Below, in pieces: positions 18,941-28,804 of a stretch of DNA of 35,664 nt. The DNA comes from Sphingomonadales bacterium. Lineage in GTDB: Bacteria; Pseudomonadota; Alphaproteobacteria; Sphingomonadales; Sphingomonadaceae. A program made the translations under genes and the position numbers. Numbering within the stretch: the first letter of the stretch is position 1; each line of letters starts with the position of its first letter. The stretch is from contig JANNLW010000182.1 of assembly GCA_031397145.1 (NCBI GenBank), forward strand, positions 1 through 35,664. Direction: 5' to 3'. The notes below the pieces were generated by a model. It was not told the DNA's origin. It was given only the letters and a program-made list of their open reading frames with translations, and searched no databases.

Positions 18941-19329
18941 TCAAGAACACGAAAATCATCGCTGGCATCGCCGCAGGCGCTCTCCTCCTCGCAGGGGCCG
19001 GTCTCGCCATCGCGCAATCCGCTGGGCTTGTCTCGGCAGCGCTGGCCGACGGTTCGGTAGGCGAGCAGGCCGATGGCTATCTCGGGATCAAGGGCACGGC
19101 TTCTGCCGACTTGCGTGCCGAAGTGGACGCAATCAACATCAAGCGCCGCGCTGCCTACACCCAGCGCGCCGCGCAAAAAGGTGCGACCGTAAAGGAAGTG
19201 GCCGCGGCCGTGGGCTGCGAAACGCTGGCGACTCGCGTGGCGAGTGGTCGTGCCTATCTGCTGCCTGACGGCGTGTGGCGGGTAAAGGGAGCCGCACCGA
19301 TTTCGCTGCCGGCTTACTGCGCGGGGTAA
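18937..19329 (+). CDS. ydbL: YdbL (DUF1318) family periplasmic protein
   Basis: Signal peptide; VGEQADGYLG, INIKRRAAY, terminal G.W motif; ATGA overlap with ynbE. Confidence 0.88.
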   Translation: MIKNTKIIAGIAAGALLLAGAGLAIAQSAGLVSAALADGSVGEQADGYLGIKGTASADLRAEVDAINIKRRAAYTQRAAQKGATVKEVAAAVGCETLATRVASGRAYLLPDGVWRVKGAAPISLPAYCAG

Positions 19330-19419
19330 CGGAGCGCACCGGATCAATAGTGGTTGTAATTGACATCAGCAGGGTTGGACTTGCGGACGCAACAGCAGCT
19401 CTTCCCAAACAGATTTCCC

Positions 19420-19435
19420 TTGACGTGAACGTCAA
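19420..19435. promoter_or_regulatory. Palindromic operator, LiuR (MerR-family)-type site
   Basis: TTGACGT-GA-ACGTCAA has perfect 7-bp arms, lies 48 nt upstream of the acyl-CoA dehydrogenase ATG, and contains a -35-like TTGACG. Confidence 0.72.
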
Positions 19436-19483
19436 CTTGCGGCTTCGATCAGTTGAAGATCTCCTCAACAAAGGAAGCCGGCA

Positions 19484-20638
19484 ATGTCTCTCGATGTCCT
19501 CGCCCGAACCGCTTACAATGAAGACCATGAGGCGTTCCGCCAGACGGTGCGTCAGTTCCTGTTGAAGGAAGTCGCGCCCAACGCGGCCCAATGGGACGAG
19601 GATGGGATTGTGCCCAAGGCGCTTTGGCCCAAGGCGGGCGAGCTTGGGCTGCTCTGCCCGACGGTGCCCGAAGCCTATGGCGGACTGGGCCTGGATTTCG
19701 GCTATAACGCAATTGTCGACGAGGAATCGGCATATAGTGGCGGCGTCGCCACCGGCTTCTCGCTCCAGTCCGATATCGTCGCGAACTATCTCATTTCCTA
19801 TGGTTCGGAAGAGCAGAAGAAGCAGTGGCTGCCCAGACTTGTCTCCGGCGAGACGATCACCGCCATTGCGATGACCGAGCCCGGCACTGGATCCGACCTT
19901 CAAGGGATGCGGACGACGGCGAAGAAGGATGGCAATCACTATGTCATCAACGGATCGAAAACCTATATCACCAACGGCCAGAATGCTGATCTCATCCTGG
20001 TCTGCGCCAAGACTGATACCGAGGTTCAGCCCGCCTGGAAGGGCGTTTCGATCATTTTGGTGGAGGCGGATCGCGACGGCTTCAAGCGCGGGCGCAACCT
20101 CGACAAGATCGGGCAGGATGCCGCCGATACGTCCGAACTCTTCTTTGAGGACGTTCGCGTGCCGATGACCAATTGCCTTGGCGAAGAAGGCAAGGGCTTC
20201 ATCTATCTGATGAGCGAATTGCCCCAGGAGCGATTGTCCATCGCGGTTTCCGCGCAAGCAGCAGCGCAAAAGGCATTTGATGACACGGTAGAATTCACCC
20301 GTGATCGCAAGGCCTTTGGCAAGCCGATCCTCGATTTCCAGAACACTCGCTTCACGCTGGCCGATATAAAGGCGAAACTGCAGGTCGGTTGGGCTCATCT
20401 TGACTGGGCATTGGCGCGCCACCTGAAGCGCGAGCTGACACCCGAGGAGGGCGCCGCGGCCAAACTCTGGCATACCGAGTTGCAGTGGGAAGTGGTGGAC
20501 AAGTGCCTCCAGCTTCACGGTGGCGCAGGCTATATGAACGAATATCCGATCGCCCGAGCATGGCGCTCCGCCCGAGTCACCCGCATCTTCGGCGGCACGA
20601 GCGAGATCATGAAGGAACTGATCGGGCGGAAGCTATAG
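19484..20638 (+). CDS. Acyl-CoA dehydrogenase (long-chain type)
   Basis: AIAMTEPGTGSDLQG, INGSKTYITNG, R.AFGKPI..FQ, CLQLHGGAGYMNEYPIAR, IFGGTSEIMKELI. Confidence 0.95.
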   Translation: MSLDVLARTAYNEDHEAFRQTVRQFLLKEVAPNAAQWDEDGIVPKALWPKAGELGLLCPTVPEAYGGLGLDFGYNAIVDEESAYSGGVATGFSLQSDIVANYLISYGSEEQKKQWLPRLVSGETITAIAMTEPGTGSDLQGMRTTAKKDGNHYVINGSKTYITNGQNADLILVCAKTDTEVQPAWKGVSIILVEADRDGFKRGRNLDKIGQDAADTSELFFEDVRVPMTNCLGEEGKGFIYLMSELPQERLSIAVSAQAAAQKAFDDTVEFTRDRKAFGKPILDFQNTRFTLADIKAKLQVGWAHLDWALARHLKRELTPEEGAAAKLWHTELQWEVVDKCLQLHGGAGYMNEYPIARAWRSARVTRIFGGTSEIMKELIGRKL

Positions 20639-20648
20639 CGGAGGGAGC

Positions 20649-21155
20649 TCAATAATCCTGGTCGGTAAAAGCGATGAACTGGGTTCCCGGCTTTATGACA
20701 GCACTTTTGCCAGTGATGAAAATCAAAGGCAACGCGACAACTGCGGCCGTTGCGATCGACAATGTGCCTTGGCCCTTGCCCTGTCCGTTCTTGGCACCGC
20801 GGAGGCGGATGCTGTTTTCGCCGACCTTGACCGATTGGGCAGCGATCTCGAGTTTTCCGGATCGCCCTGCAATCCCGCGTTTGCGTACAGACACGACGGT
20901 TCCGGTGACGCGTGCTCCATCCGGAATAACTATCACGCCGTTGTGACGAACCGGATCCGTCACGCGCATATAGATCGTGTCACCGGCATTTGCGGTCTTT
21001 GACGAAAGCTCGTCGATCGTGCTGACTGTCACCTCCGCGCCTTCTGGCAGGCGCACGGCGGCGGCACGGGACGATCGCTGCGCCAGAACCGGGCTCGCCG
21101 CCACGCTGGCAAGGATGGCCAGCGCCAGAAAGGTGCTGATCAGGATTTTACGCAT
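20649..21155 (-). CDS. Exported hypothetical protein, possible VirB10/TrbI-like beta fold
   Basis: Signal peptide ending VLA-Q; GGAG RBS before the ATG at 21155; pattern LSSKT...GD...V..PV....VIP.GA.V.G.V....G.L. The fold assignment is inference. Confidence 0.65.
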   Translation of the reverse strand: MRKILISTFLALAILASVAASPVLAQRSSRAAAVRLPEGAEVTVSTIDELSSKTANAGDTIYMRVTDPVRHNGVIVIPDGARVTGTVVSVRKRGIAGRSGKLEIAAQSVKVGENSIRLRGAKNGQGKGQGTLSIATAAVVALPLIFITGKSAVIKPGTQFIAFTDQDY

Positions 21156-21181
21156 ACAAACTCCATTCCTTCGGGGTGATC

Positions 21182-23686
21182 TCAAAACCGCACGCGCCCG
21201 CGGACGGCGATGGTGCGAGGCTTGTCGGGGGCGAACTGGCGAGCGCCTTCAAGCAACGGCGTGTCCGATCCATAGGTGAAGGTCTCTTTGTCGAAGATGT
21301 TCTTTCCGATCAGCGAGATGTCCCACTTCCCATTTTCCGGGCCAGCGATAACGGTCAGGTTGACCTTGGCATTGGCCCGTTGGACGAGCGTTGGATCGAG
21401 ATCGGAATCGCGAAACTGCTTGGATTGATAAACGAGATCGCCGATTGTCGTCAGCTTGAGGCCGCCCAGCGTCAGCGCGTAGGTGGCTCCGATACTGCCC
21501 GAAAATTTGGGCGTATTTTCCGACGTGCGCCCTTTCAGGTTGTTCCGGAACGCCTGGCTGCAATTCTGGATTGTCGCCAGCGGATTTTGGGTATCCGTGC
21601 GGAACTGGAAAAGCTGGTCGACGGTGCAGGCGGCGTTGGGGAAGCTGTCATATTTGAACCGGACATAGGCGCCCGAAGCATTGAGCGTCAGACCCTCGGT
21701 AAGGGCGAAGCGGCCATCGACTTCGACCCCGGTTGACGTCGCAGCGGCAGCGTTCTGGACGATGAACGAGGTTGAGCCAGTAAACACCGCCGTCTGGATA
21801 TTCTTGAATTTGGTCCGGAAGCCCGCGACGTTTAACGTCACACGATTGTCCAGGAGTTTCAGCTTTGCACCGGCTTCAATACCGGTCGCCCGTTCATCTT
21901 CGAATTCGGCCTCGGCTGGGTTGGCACTTAATGCAAAGCTGTTGAAACCGCCTGCTTTGAAGCCCGATGAAATCTTTGCGTAGAGCAATGTATCATTGTT
22001 CGGTTCGAACTGAACACCGGCCGAATAGGTCAGGCTGTTCTCCTTGCGCCCGAGGACAAAGGCATGTTCGGCGCCTTCGCCAATCGCCTGGAACGGATCT
22101 AGCCCCGGCATGCCGGTGGCGGCGAGATACAGCGCCTGGTTGCCGATCAATGGATTGCGCACGCGCGTTCCGAAATTGGTGGCGATGGCGGTTTGTGTGC
22201 CCGTCTTCTTCTCGTAGGAATAGCGCAGCCCGCCGGTAAAGCTGATCTGGTCGGAGAGCTTGTAGGTGACTTCGCCGAACAGCGCAGCGACCTTGTCGGT
22301 CTGGTCGAGGACAAGGAAGCGGCCGAAGTCGGTATAGGCAAGCGGGGTGCCGTCGAACGCGCGGACAACGCCGCTCAGGATGCAGTTGCGGTCGGCTGGG
22401 TTATTGCCGGCCGCCGCACAGCCTGCATTGAGCAGCGTATCGATCGCAAGTTCGTTGCCTGTCCCTCGCACATTGAATTCGGAATCGCCCGTTGCCACCA
22501 GCGTGTTGCGCTGCAGGTATCCGCCGATAATGAACTGGAACGGCCTTGTCGGATCGGACGCATAGCGAACTTCAAGGCTTTCCTGCTTGAACCGCTCCGA
22601 ATCGTCGAAGCGAACGACATCGACGGGCGAGAAATCCGCGTCAAGCTGGCGGTCAAACTTGTATTGTGAATAGGCGCCGATCGCTGTCAGTGTCCCGCCG
22701 CCAATTTCGCGCGTCAGGTTTAGTGAGACTTCATTGGTCTTGCCGTCGAGATTGCCGCTCGAGCCTATATCGAGCACCGGATTGATCGACCCGATAGCGA
22801 CGTTCTTGCGATCGTTGGCAGGTGCGCCAAAGGCATTGAGGATCGGGGTCAGCGGCCCGCCGACCCTAATACCGAAAGGCTGTCCCCTTTGTTCGAAATC
22901 GCCATGCTCGTAGCGCAGCGTCGCTGTCGTGCTGTCTCCAAGATCAGCCTCGATCGTGCCACGAATGCCGAAATTGTCGGCTTTCGGGGTTGAAGTGCCG
23001 TAAAACAGGTTGCGCAGGAAACCCCGATCGGTGTGATCCTTGGTGGCCGCGATGCGGATGCGGACGCTGTCGCTAAGCGGGCCCGAGATAAAGCCGTCAA
23101 AATTGTATTGGCGCAACCCGTCAAACGTATAGCCGGCCGCAACCTCGCCGCTCCATTCCTTGGTTGGTCGAGCGGTTGTGATGTTGAGCGCACCGCCGAT
23201 CGTGTTCTTGCCGAACAAAGTGCCTTGCGGCCCGCGCAACACTTCGACCCGCGCCAGATCCAGAAAGGCAAAGCGCGTCTGCACCCCGCGCCCGCGATAG
23301 ACGCCGTCGACAAAGGTCGAGACCGACTGTTCCAGTCCGGCATTATTGCCCGACTGGATGCCGCGAATGTTGATCCGGTCACCGATCGGATCGGGCTGGA
23401 TCTGCAGATTGGGAACGAGCCCGGTCAATTCACCCAGCTTGGCAATCCCGGTCTGGGCGATTTTGGCTCCGGAAATGGCCGACACAGAAGCCGGGACATC
23501 CTGAAGACTCTGCTCGCGCTTCTGGGCCGTGACGACGATCTCATCAAGGCCGATTTCACCTTCCGCTGCATCGTCTGAGGGCGGGGCCTGATCGACGGCA
23601 ATCTGTGCCCATCCTGGGGTGCTTATTGCAAAGGCCAGGATGCTGGCAGACAGAAGACTGTTCACGACGGTATTGGTCAGGCGCAT
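21182..23686 (-). CDS. TonB-dependent receptor
   Basis: Signal peptide, TonB box DEIVVTAQKR, plug motif RVEVLRGPQGTLFGKN, KNIFD, C-terminal PRT...RVRF. Confidence 0.96.
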   Translation of the reverse strand: MRLTNTVVNSLLSASILAFAISTPGWAQIAVDQAPPSDDAAEGEIGLDEIVVTAQKREQSLQDVPASVSAISGAKIAQTGIAKLGELTGLVPNLQIQPDPIGDRINIRGIQSGNNAGLEQSVSTFVDGVYRGRGVQTRFAFLDLARVEVLRGPQGTLFGKNTIGGALNITTARPTKEWSGEVAAGYTFDGLRQYNFDGFISGPLSDSVRIRIAATKDHTDRGFLRNLFYGTSTPKADNFGIRGTIEADLGDSTTATLRYEHGDFEQRGQPFGIRVGGPLTPILNAFGAPANDRKNVAIGSINPVLDIGSSGNLDGKTNEVSLNLTREIGGGTLTAIGAYSQYKFDRQLDADFSPVDVVRFDDSERFKQESLEVRYASDPTRPFQFIIGGYLQRNTLVATGDSEFNVRGTGNELAIDTLLNAGCAAAGNNPADRNCILSGVVRAFDGTPLAYTDFGRFLVLDQTDKVAALFGEVTYKLSDQISFTGGLRYSYEKKTGTQTAIATNFGTRVRNPLIGNQALYLAATGMPGLDPFQAIGEGAEHAFVLGRKENSLTYSAGVQFEPNNDTLLYAKISSGFKAGGFNSFALSANPAEAEFEDERATGIEAGAKLKLLDNRVTLNVAGFRTKFKNIQTAVFTGSTSFIVQNAAAATSTGVEVDGRFALTEGLTLNASGAYVRFKYDSFPNAACTVDQLFQFRTDTQNPLATIQNCSQAFRNNLKGRTSENTPKFSGSIGATYALTLGGLKLTTIGDLVYQSKQFRDSDLDPTLVQRANAKVNLTVIAGPENGKWDISLIGKNIFDKETFTYGSDTPLLEGARQFAPDKPRTIAVRGRVRF

Positions 23687-23938
23687 AAATTCCTCATGGC
23701 GGGACAGCCCTGAGGAGCCCCCGCATTTTAAAGTTTGAGAGCTGGCGCATCGCGATGCTCGTTTACCCTATGCGGGAAAGCTGTCGATTGGATGCATGAG
23801 CGCGCGATTAGTGTTGCGAACCGGATGGAGCAGTTTCGATAAAGGCAGTCGCGTTTTCGACAAGATGCGAAACTCGCTCTTCACGCGGGTTCAATGCCTG
23901 CTAGTGCAAGGCTGGAACGAACCTGCCGGAGTGACCGA

Positions 23939-25771
23939 ATGCGAACTACAAACACTGCTCTTTCTGCCTTAGCGATCGTGTTGGCCAACGCTGGCGCGCC
24001 CGGCTTTGCCCAAGCGCCGACGCAGATGGCCGTGGTAGAGACAGACCAGAATATCGCGATCAAGACGTTCTTCGAAGAGTATGACGCCGAACAGCTCGCA
24101 CAGTCTCCTTTGAACAAGTCCTATCGCGGGATAAAGGATGCTGACTATGGTCGTTGGGACGATTTCTCGGATGCGGGTGCCGCGCGCGCCAACGATGCCA
24201 ATCTGTCGGCCTTGAAGGAACTGCGCGCTCGCTTCGATCCGGCCCGTCTGAACTCCGAGAACCGGCTGTCATTCCGCCTGTTCGAGAAGCAGGCCGAGCG
24301 CGCTGACGCGGCCTACCGCTTCAACGACCTTGGCTATGTGTTTGACCAGATGAACGGCGCGCAAAGCCAGATTCCAGCCTTCCTCATCAACATTCACCGC
24401 ATCGACAACAAGGCCGATGCAAGAGCCTATATCAATCGTCTCTACGGGATCGGAACGGTCATCGACCAATCCGTCCAGACGTCGCGTGCGCGCGGTGTGC
24501 AAGGAATCATGCCCCCAAAATGGGTCTATTCCTATGTGATTGGTGACGCGCGAAATGTCATTGCCGGCGCTCCTTTTGGCGATGGCCCTGACGCGCCGCT
24601 ATTCGCTGATTTCAAGGAAAAGATCGGCAAGCTTCAGCTCAGCAAGATCGAAACGGATCTATTGATTGCCGATGCAGCGCGCGCACTCACCCAGTCGGTC
24701 AAGCCGGCGTATGAGCGGCTCATTGCTGAAATGACCGCTCAGGAAAAGGTTGCCGGGACCGATGACGGTATCTGGCGCTTCAAGGATGGTGCTGCCTATT
24801 ATGCCGAACGGCTGGGCAATTACACGACCACGATCATGACGCCCGATCAGGTCCATGCATTGGGCCTGGCGCAGGTGGCGCGCATCCACGGCGAAATGCG
24901 GGTCATCATGAAACGGACGGGCTTCAAGGGGGATCTTCCGGCTTTCTTCAAGTATATGCGTGAGGATAAAAAATTCTACGCGCCCAACACAGAAGAGGGG
25001 CGTGGCCTCTATCTTTCTGAAACCCAGAAAGCGCAGGACGCCGTTACGCCGCTTTTGCCCAAATGGTTCGGCGTTTTGCCGCAGGCGCCTTTGGTCGTGA
25101 AGCGTGTTGAAGAATTCCGGGAAAAGTCGGCTGGCAAGGCCTTCTACCAAAGACCGGCACCGGATGGCTCACGCCCCGGCACCTATTACGCCAATCTCTA
25201 TCGGATGAGCGACATGCCGCTGACCGAGGTCGAGGCCTTGTTCTACCACGAAGGCATCCCGGGCCACCACCTTCAGCTTGCCATTCAGACGGAGTTGAAG
25301 GATGTCCCGGCCTTCCGCAAATTTGGCAATGTTACCGCCTATTCTGAGGGGTGGGGGCTTTATTCGGAAAAACTCGCCAAGGATATGGGGCTTTATACTG
25401 ACCCTGTCAGAGATTTCGGTCGATTGCAGCTTGAACTCCACCGGGCCATTCGGTTGGTCGTCGATTCCGGGATTCACCACAAACGCTGGACGCGCGAGCA
25501 GGCGATCAAATATGTCGAGGACAATTCTGCCGACGCGCCGGGAGGGATCGTGAAAGCTATTGAGCGCTATATTGTCTATCCGGGACAAGCGACGGCCTAT
25601 ATGGTGGGGCGGTTGAAGATCAGCGGTCTGCGCGACAAGGCGCAAAAGGCACTGGGGCGCCGGTTCGACGTTCGCGGTTTTCACGACACCGTCCTGAAAG
25701 CGGGGCCGGTTCCGCTCGACGTGCTTGAGGAGCAGGTTGATGCCTGGATCGCATCGAGGAAGCAAGGGTGA
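23939..25771 (+). CDS. DUF885 family exported protein (putative metallopeptidase)
   Basis: HEGIPGHHLQ, TAYSEGWGLYSE, RAIRLVVDSGIH...W, ERY...PGQATAY, FH..VL..G.VPL.VL; GGAG RBS before the ATG at 23939. Confidence 0.92.
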   Translation: MRTTNTALSALAIVLANAGAPGFAQAPTQMAVVETDQNIAIKTFFEEYDAEQLAQSPLNKSYRGIKDADYGRWDDFSDAGAARANDANLSALKELRARFDPARLNSENRLSFRLFEKQAERADAAYRFNDLGYVFDQMNGAQSQIPAFLINIHRIDNKADARAYINRLYGIGTVIDQSVQTSRARGVQGIMPPKWVYSYVIGDARNVIAGAPFGDGPDAPLFADFKEKIGKLQLSKIETDLLIADAARALTQSVKPAYERLIAEMTAQEKVAGTDDGIWRFKDGAAYYAERLGNYTTTIMTPDQVHALGLAQVARIHGEMRVIMKRTGFKGDLPAFFKYMREDKKFYAPNTEEGRGLYLSETQKAQDAVTPLLPKWFGVLPQAPLVVKRVEEFREKSAGKAFYQRPAPDGSRPGTYYANLYRMSDMPLTEVEALFYHEGIPGHHLQLAIQTELKDVPAFRKFGNVTAYSEGWGLYSEKLAKDMGLYTDPVRDFGRLQLELHRAIRLVVDSGIHHKRWTREQAIKYVEDNSADAPGGIVKAIERYIVYPGQATAYMVGRLKISGLRDKAQKALGRRFDVRGFHDTVLKAGPVPLDVLEEQVDAWIASRKQG

Positions 25772-26101
25772 GGTAGTGCTCATCTTTGCGCTCCGTGATC
25801 AACGCGACCCAAAGGCGATGCTCTGCCTGCTGCCGTCGACTTTGTCCGTTTGTTGCTCACGACTATCCAGCCTTGAACAATAGGAAATTCGCCAATATCC
25901 GAACTTGATGCTTGCTTGCCCAAACTCCAGGGAAAACAACCTTGCTGGAATAGATCATCCACGTTCGGTTCAACGACGAATGCGCACGTTTCAACACAGA
26001 TCTTCGAGCCCATCGACACTCTCAACTTTGTCTGGTGAAACTGTGCAGTCAGGCGCGAATTTCGCTGGCCTCGAGATCGGTTCTGCGCAAAGGCAGGCGC
26101 G

Positions 26102-26851
26102 ATGAGGCGCGGCAACCGGAATCAGCAACAGCAAGGCAATCGCCCCCGTTTCTGGGGGCGGCATGCTGTGCTGGCCGCGCTCGCCAATCCGGAACGGAAC
26201 GTGCGCAAAATCTGGGGCACGCGTGACGCGCTGGGTGCGCTCGATTTACCGCCGGTTCTGCCGATCACCTATGCCGATGTCGCCGATCTCGGCCGGATGG
26301 TCCCGATTGACGCGCCGCATCAGGGGCTGGTCGCCGAAGTCGATCCGCTTGAAGATGTCTGGCTTGGGGAATTGCTCGATCGCGGCGCCGACGACCGAAG
26401 ACCGCTGCTTGTTCTCGATCAGGTGACCGATCCGCATAATGTCGGCGCGATCCTGCGTTCGGCGGCGGCCTTCAACGCGCTGGGCATCGTGACGCAGGAC
26501 CGGCACGCACCGCCCGAATCGGGCACGGTTGCGCGCGCAGCGTCCGGTGCGCTGGAAGTCGTGCCCTGGTGTCGCGTCATCAACCTTGCCCGTGCACTCG
26601 AGGAAATTGCGGAGGCTGGATTCTGGCGGATCGGTTTGACCGGCCATGCCAACCAGACTCTCGATCAGGCGATGGGGCCGCAAAAGCTCGCGCTTGTGCT
26701 CGGCGCGGAAGGCGAAGGCATGCGTCAGAACACCGAAGCGCATTGCGACGAACTGGCCAAACTGCCGGTCAGCGGCAAGGTCGAAAGCCTCAACGTATCC
26801 AACGCAGCAGCAATAGCGCTCTATGCTGCGGTCACGCGGAAGGAAGACTGA
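26102..26851 (+). CDS. rlmB: TrmH/SpoU-family RNA methyltransferase, probably 23S rRNA G2251 2'-O-methyltransferase
   Basis: HQG, LDQVTDPHNVGAILRSA, LVLGAEGEGMR, ESLNVSNAA. Confidence 0.88.
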   Translation: MRRGNRNQQQQGNRPRFWGRHAVLAALANPERNVRKIWGTRDALGALDLPPVLPITYADVADLGRMVPIDAPHQGLVAEVDPLEDVWLGELLDRGADDRRPLLVLDQVTDPHNVGAILRSAAAFNALGIVTQDRHAPPESGTVARAASGALEVVPWCRVINLARALEEIAEAGFWRIGLTGHANQTLDQAMGPQKLALVLGAEGEGMRQNTEAHCDELAKLPVSGKVESLNVSNAAAIALYAAVTRKED

Positions 26852-26852
26852 C

Positions 26853-27716
26853 ATGAAATCCGTTTTGCGCCTGTTTGCGATCATGATCTTGCCGCTCGTG
26901 TTGACAAGCTGTTTTCTTGTCCCAGGAGCGTTCACTTCGAATGTCGACCTGCGAAAAGACGGGACTTTTGCCTTCGTTTATACGGGGGAAATCGTCTTCC
27001 AGACGCCCGATGAAGTGATGAAGGACAGCAAGTCCGAAGTCTGGAGCGATGACAAGGCAAGCTGCTATGGCCCTGTGCCGGGCGCGAAGCCGCCTGCCGA
27101 GGGAGAAGAAACATCCCCGGATGAAAACCGCGCGTGCACGAAGGCCGAAGTAGCCGAGAAACGCAAGGATTGGGAGGACGTGCAAAAGGCGGCAGCAAGC
27201 AGGAAGCTCAAGGAAAGCCAGCAGTTTGCTGCGCTTTTCGGCTATAATCCGTCCGACGATCCCGCAAACCAGAAGTTCGCCGCGCAACTCATGAAGCATG
27301 AGGGCTGGAAGTCGGTCGTCTACAAAGGCAAGGGCGTGTTCCAGGTCGAATACCGGATGGCTGGCAAGCTGGCCTATGATTTCGTCTTTCCGACTTTCCC
27401 GCAGGGCGATTTCATCGCTCCCTTTGTCCAGTTGCGCAAGCGCGATCAGGGCTCGGTCGCGGTTACGGCTCCGGCGCTGATCGGTGGCGGGTTGCGCGGG
27501 CTCGCCGCCAAGATGAAAATGATGGGCGCGCCCGACACAAGTGGCATCTCTCCGTCCACGCGAACCAAGGGCGTCTTCACAGTGACCACGGATGGCGAGA
27601 TATTGACCAACAATACCGAGGACGGCCCGGCCAAGATACCAACCGGTCGTGCGTTGAGCTGGTCGATCGATTCATCCAGCGAAAAGGCGCCGGAGGCGCT
27701 GATCCGGGTGCAGTAA
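26853..27716 (+). CDS. Hypothetical lipoprotein
   Basis: Lipobox LTSC after a hydrophobic signal; ATG immediately after the rlmB stop; host-like codon usage. Confidence 0.8.
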   Translation: MKSVLRLFAIMILPLVLTSCFLVPGAFTSNVDLRKDGTFAFVYTGEIVFQTPDEVMKDSKSEVWSDDKASCYGPVPGAKPPAEGEETSPDENRACTKAEVAEKRKDWEDVQKAAASRKLKESQQFAALFGYNPSDDPANQKFAAQLMKHEGWKSVVYKGKGVFQVEYRMAGKLAYDFVFPTFPQGDFIAPFVQLRKRDQGSVAVTAPALIGGGLRGLAAKMKMMGAPDTSGISPSTRTKGVFTVTTDGEILTNNTEDGPAKIPTGRALSWSIDSSSEKAPEALIRVQ

Positions 27717-27719
27717 CTT

Positions 27720-28760
27720 TTACCCCGCGGTCAGGCGCCAGCCGAGGGCTTCACCGGCATGGAAGGGGACGATGTCGGTCCCTTCCGCATCGATCCTTTC
27801 GGGTACCCGGGTTTCACCGCGCTCCAGCGTGATCGTGTCCGTGTTAAGCGGCAGGCCGTAAAAGCGTGGCCCATACTCCGATGCGAAGCCTTCCAGTCGG
27901 TCGAGCGCGCGTTCCTCATCGAACACGGCGGCGTAGCTTTCAAGTGCGAAGGGCGCATTGAAGATGCCTGCGCAGCCGCAGGGAGCTTCCTTTGTATGGC
28001 GCGCATGCGGCGCGCTATCGGTGCCAAGGAAGAATTTGGGGGAGCCGGAAATCGCTGCCTTGCGGATCGCCTGCCGATGCTTTTCGCGCTTGGCGACCGG
28101 GAGGCAATAGGCGTGTGGCCGAATCCCGCCCGCGAACATCGCGTTTCGGTTGATATGCAGATGGTGTGGCGTGATTGTCGCGGCCACATTGTCTGGCGCA
28201 TTGGCAACAAAGCCTGCGGCCTGTGCGGTCGTGATGTGTTCGAACACAATCTTGAGTGCCGGCAGATCGCGCACCAGTGGTTCAAGCGTGCGATCGATGA
28301 AGACTGCTTCGCGGTCGAATATATCGACGTCTGGATCGGTTACCTCCCCGTGGACCAGTAGCGGCATGCCGATCTCCTGCATCCGTTCGAGCACCGGCAT
28401 GATCTTGCGGATATCAGTCACGCCATGAGCCGAATTCGTCGTCGCATGCGCAGGATAGAGCTTGCACGCGGTGAACACCCCATCGGCATAGCCGCGCGCA
28501 ACCTGTTCCACATCGCTGCTATCGGTCAGATAAGCAACGATCAGCGGGGAAAAATCAAGTCCGTCAGGAATAGCCGCAACTATCCGGGTGCGATAGGCGA
28601 TACCTTCGGCCACAGTGGTGACCGGAGGCGAAAGATTGGGCATGATGATCGCACGCGCGAACTGCCGCGCCGTGTATTGCACAACGGCTTGCATCATGGC
28701 CCCGTCACGCAAATGGACGTGCCAATCATCGGGGCGCCGGATGGTCAGGCGGTCAGTCAT
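27720..28760 (-). CDS. pyrC: Dihydroorotase (homodimeric, E. coli type)
   Basis: [57 protein letters not shown]. Confidence 0.97.
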   Translation of the reverse strand: MTDRLTIRRPDDWHVHLRDGAMMQAVVQYTARQFARAIIMPNLSPPVTTVAEGIAYRTRIVAAIPDGLDFSPLIVAYLTDSSDVEQVARGYADGVFTACKLYPAHATTNSAHGVTDIRKIMPVLERMQEIGMPLLVHGEVTDPDVDIFDREAVFIDRTLEPLVRDLPALKIVFEHITTAQAAGFVANAPDNVAATITPHHLHINRNAMFAGGIRPHAYCLPVAKREKHRQAIRKAAISGSPKFFLGTDSAPHARHTKEAPCGCAGIFNAPFALESYAAVFDEERALDRLEGFASEYGPRFYGLPLNTDTITLERGETRVPERIDAEGTDIVPFHAGEALGWRLTAG

Positions 28761-28804
28761 CAAGGTCTCCGGCTTGGTTTTGCTGAAACTCTCCCTAAAT
28801 GGGG

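Noticed and set aside
17012-20518. Long antisense ORFs 17012..18217 and 19139..20518 (similarly 2533..3678 and 33910..34920)
   Set aside because: They lie opposite well-supported genes, as expected from high-GC codon bias, and show no protein family motifs.
23687-23938. Cobalamin or TPP riboswitch upstream of the TonB-dependent receptor
   Set aside because: No B12-box or TPP conserved motifs seen on the minus strand.
25780-26115. 111-aa minus-strand ORF and 66-aa plus-strand ORF in the spacer before rlmB
   Set aside because: No recognisable motifs, atypical codon usage, weak RBS and overlap with the rlmB start.
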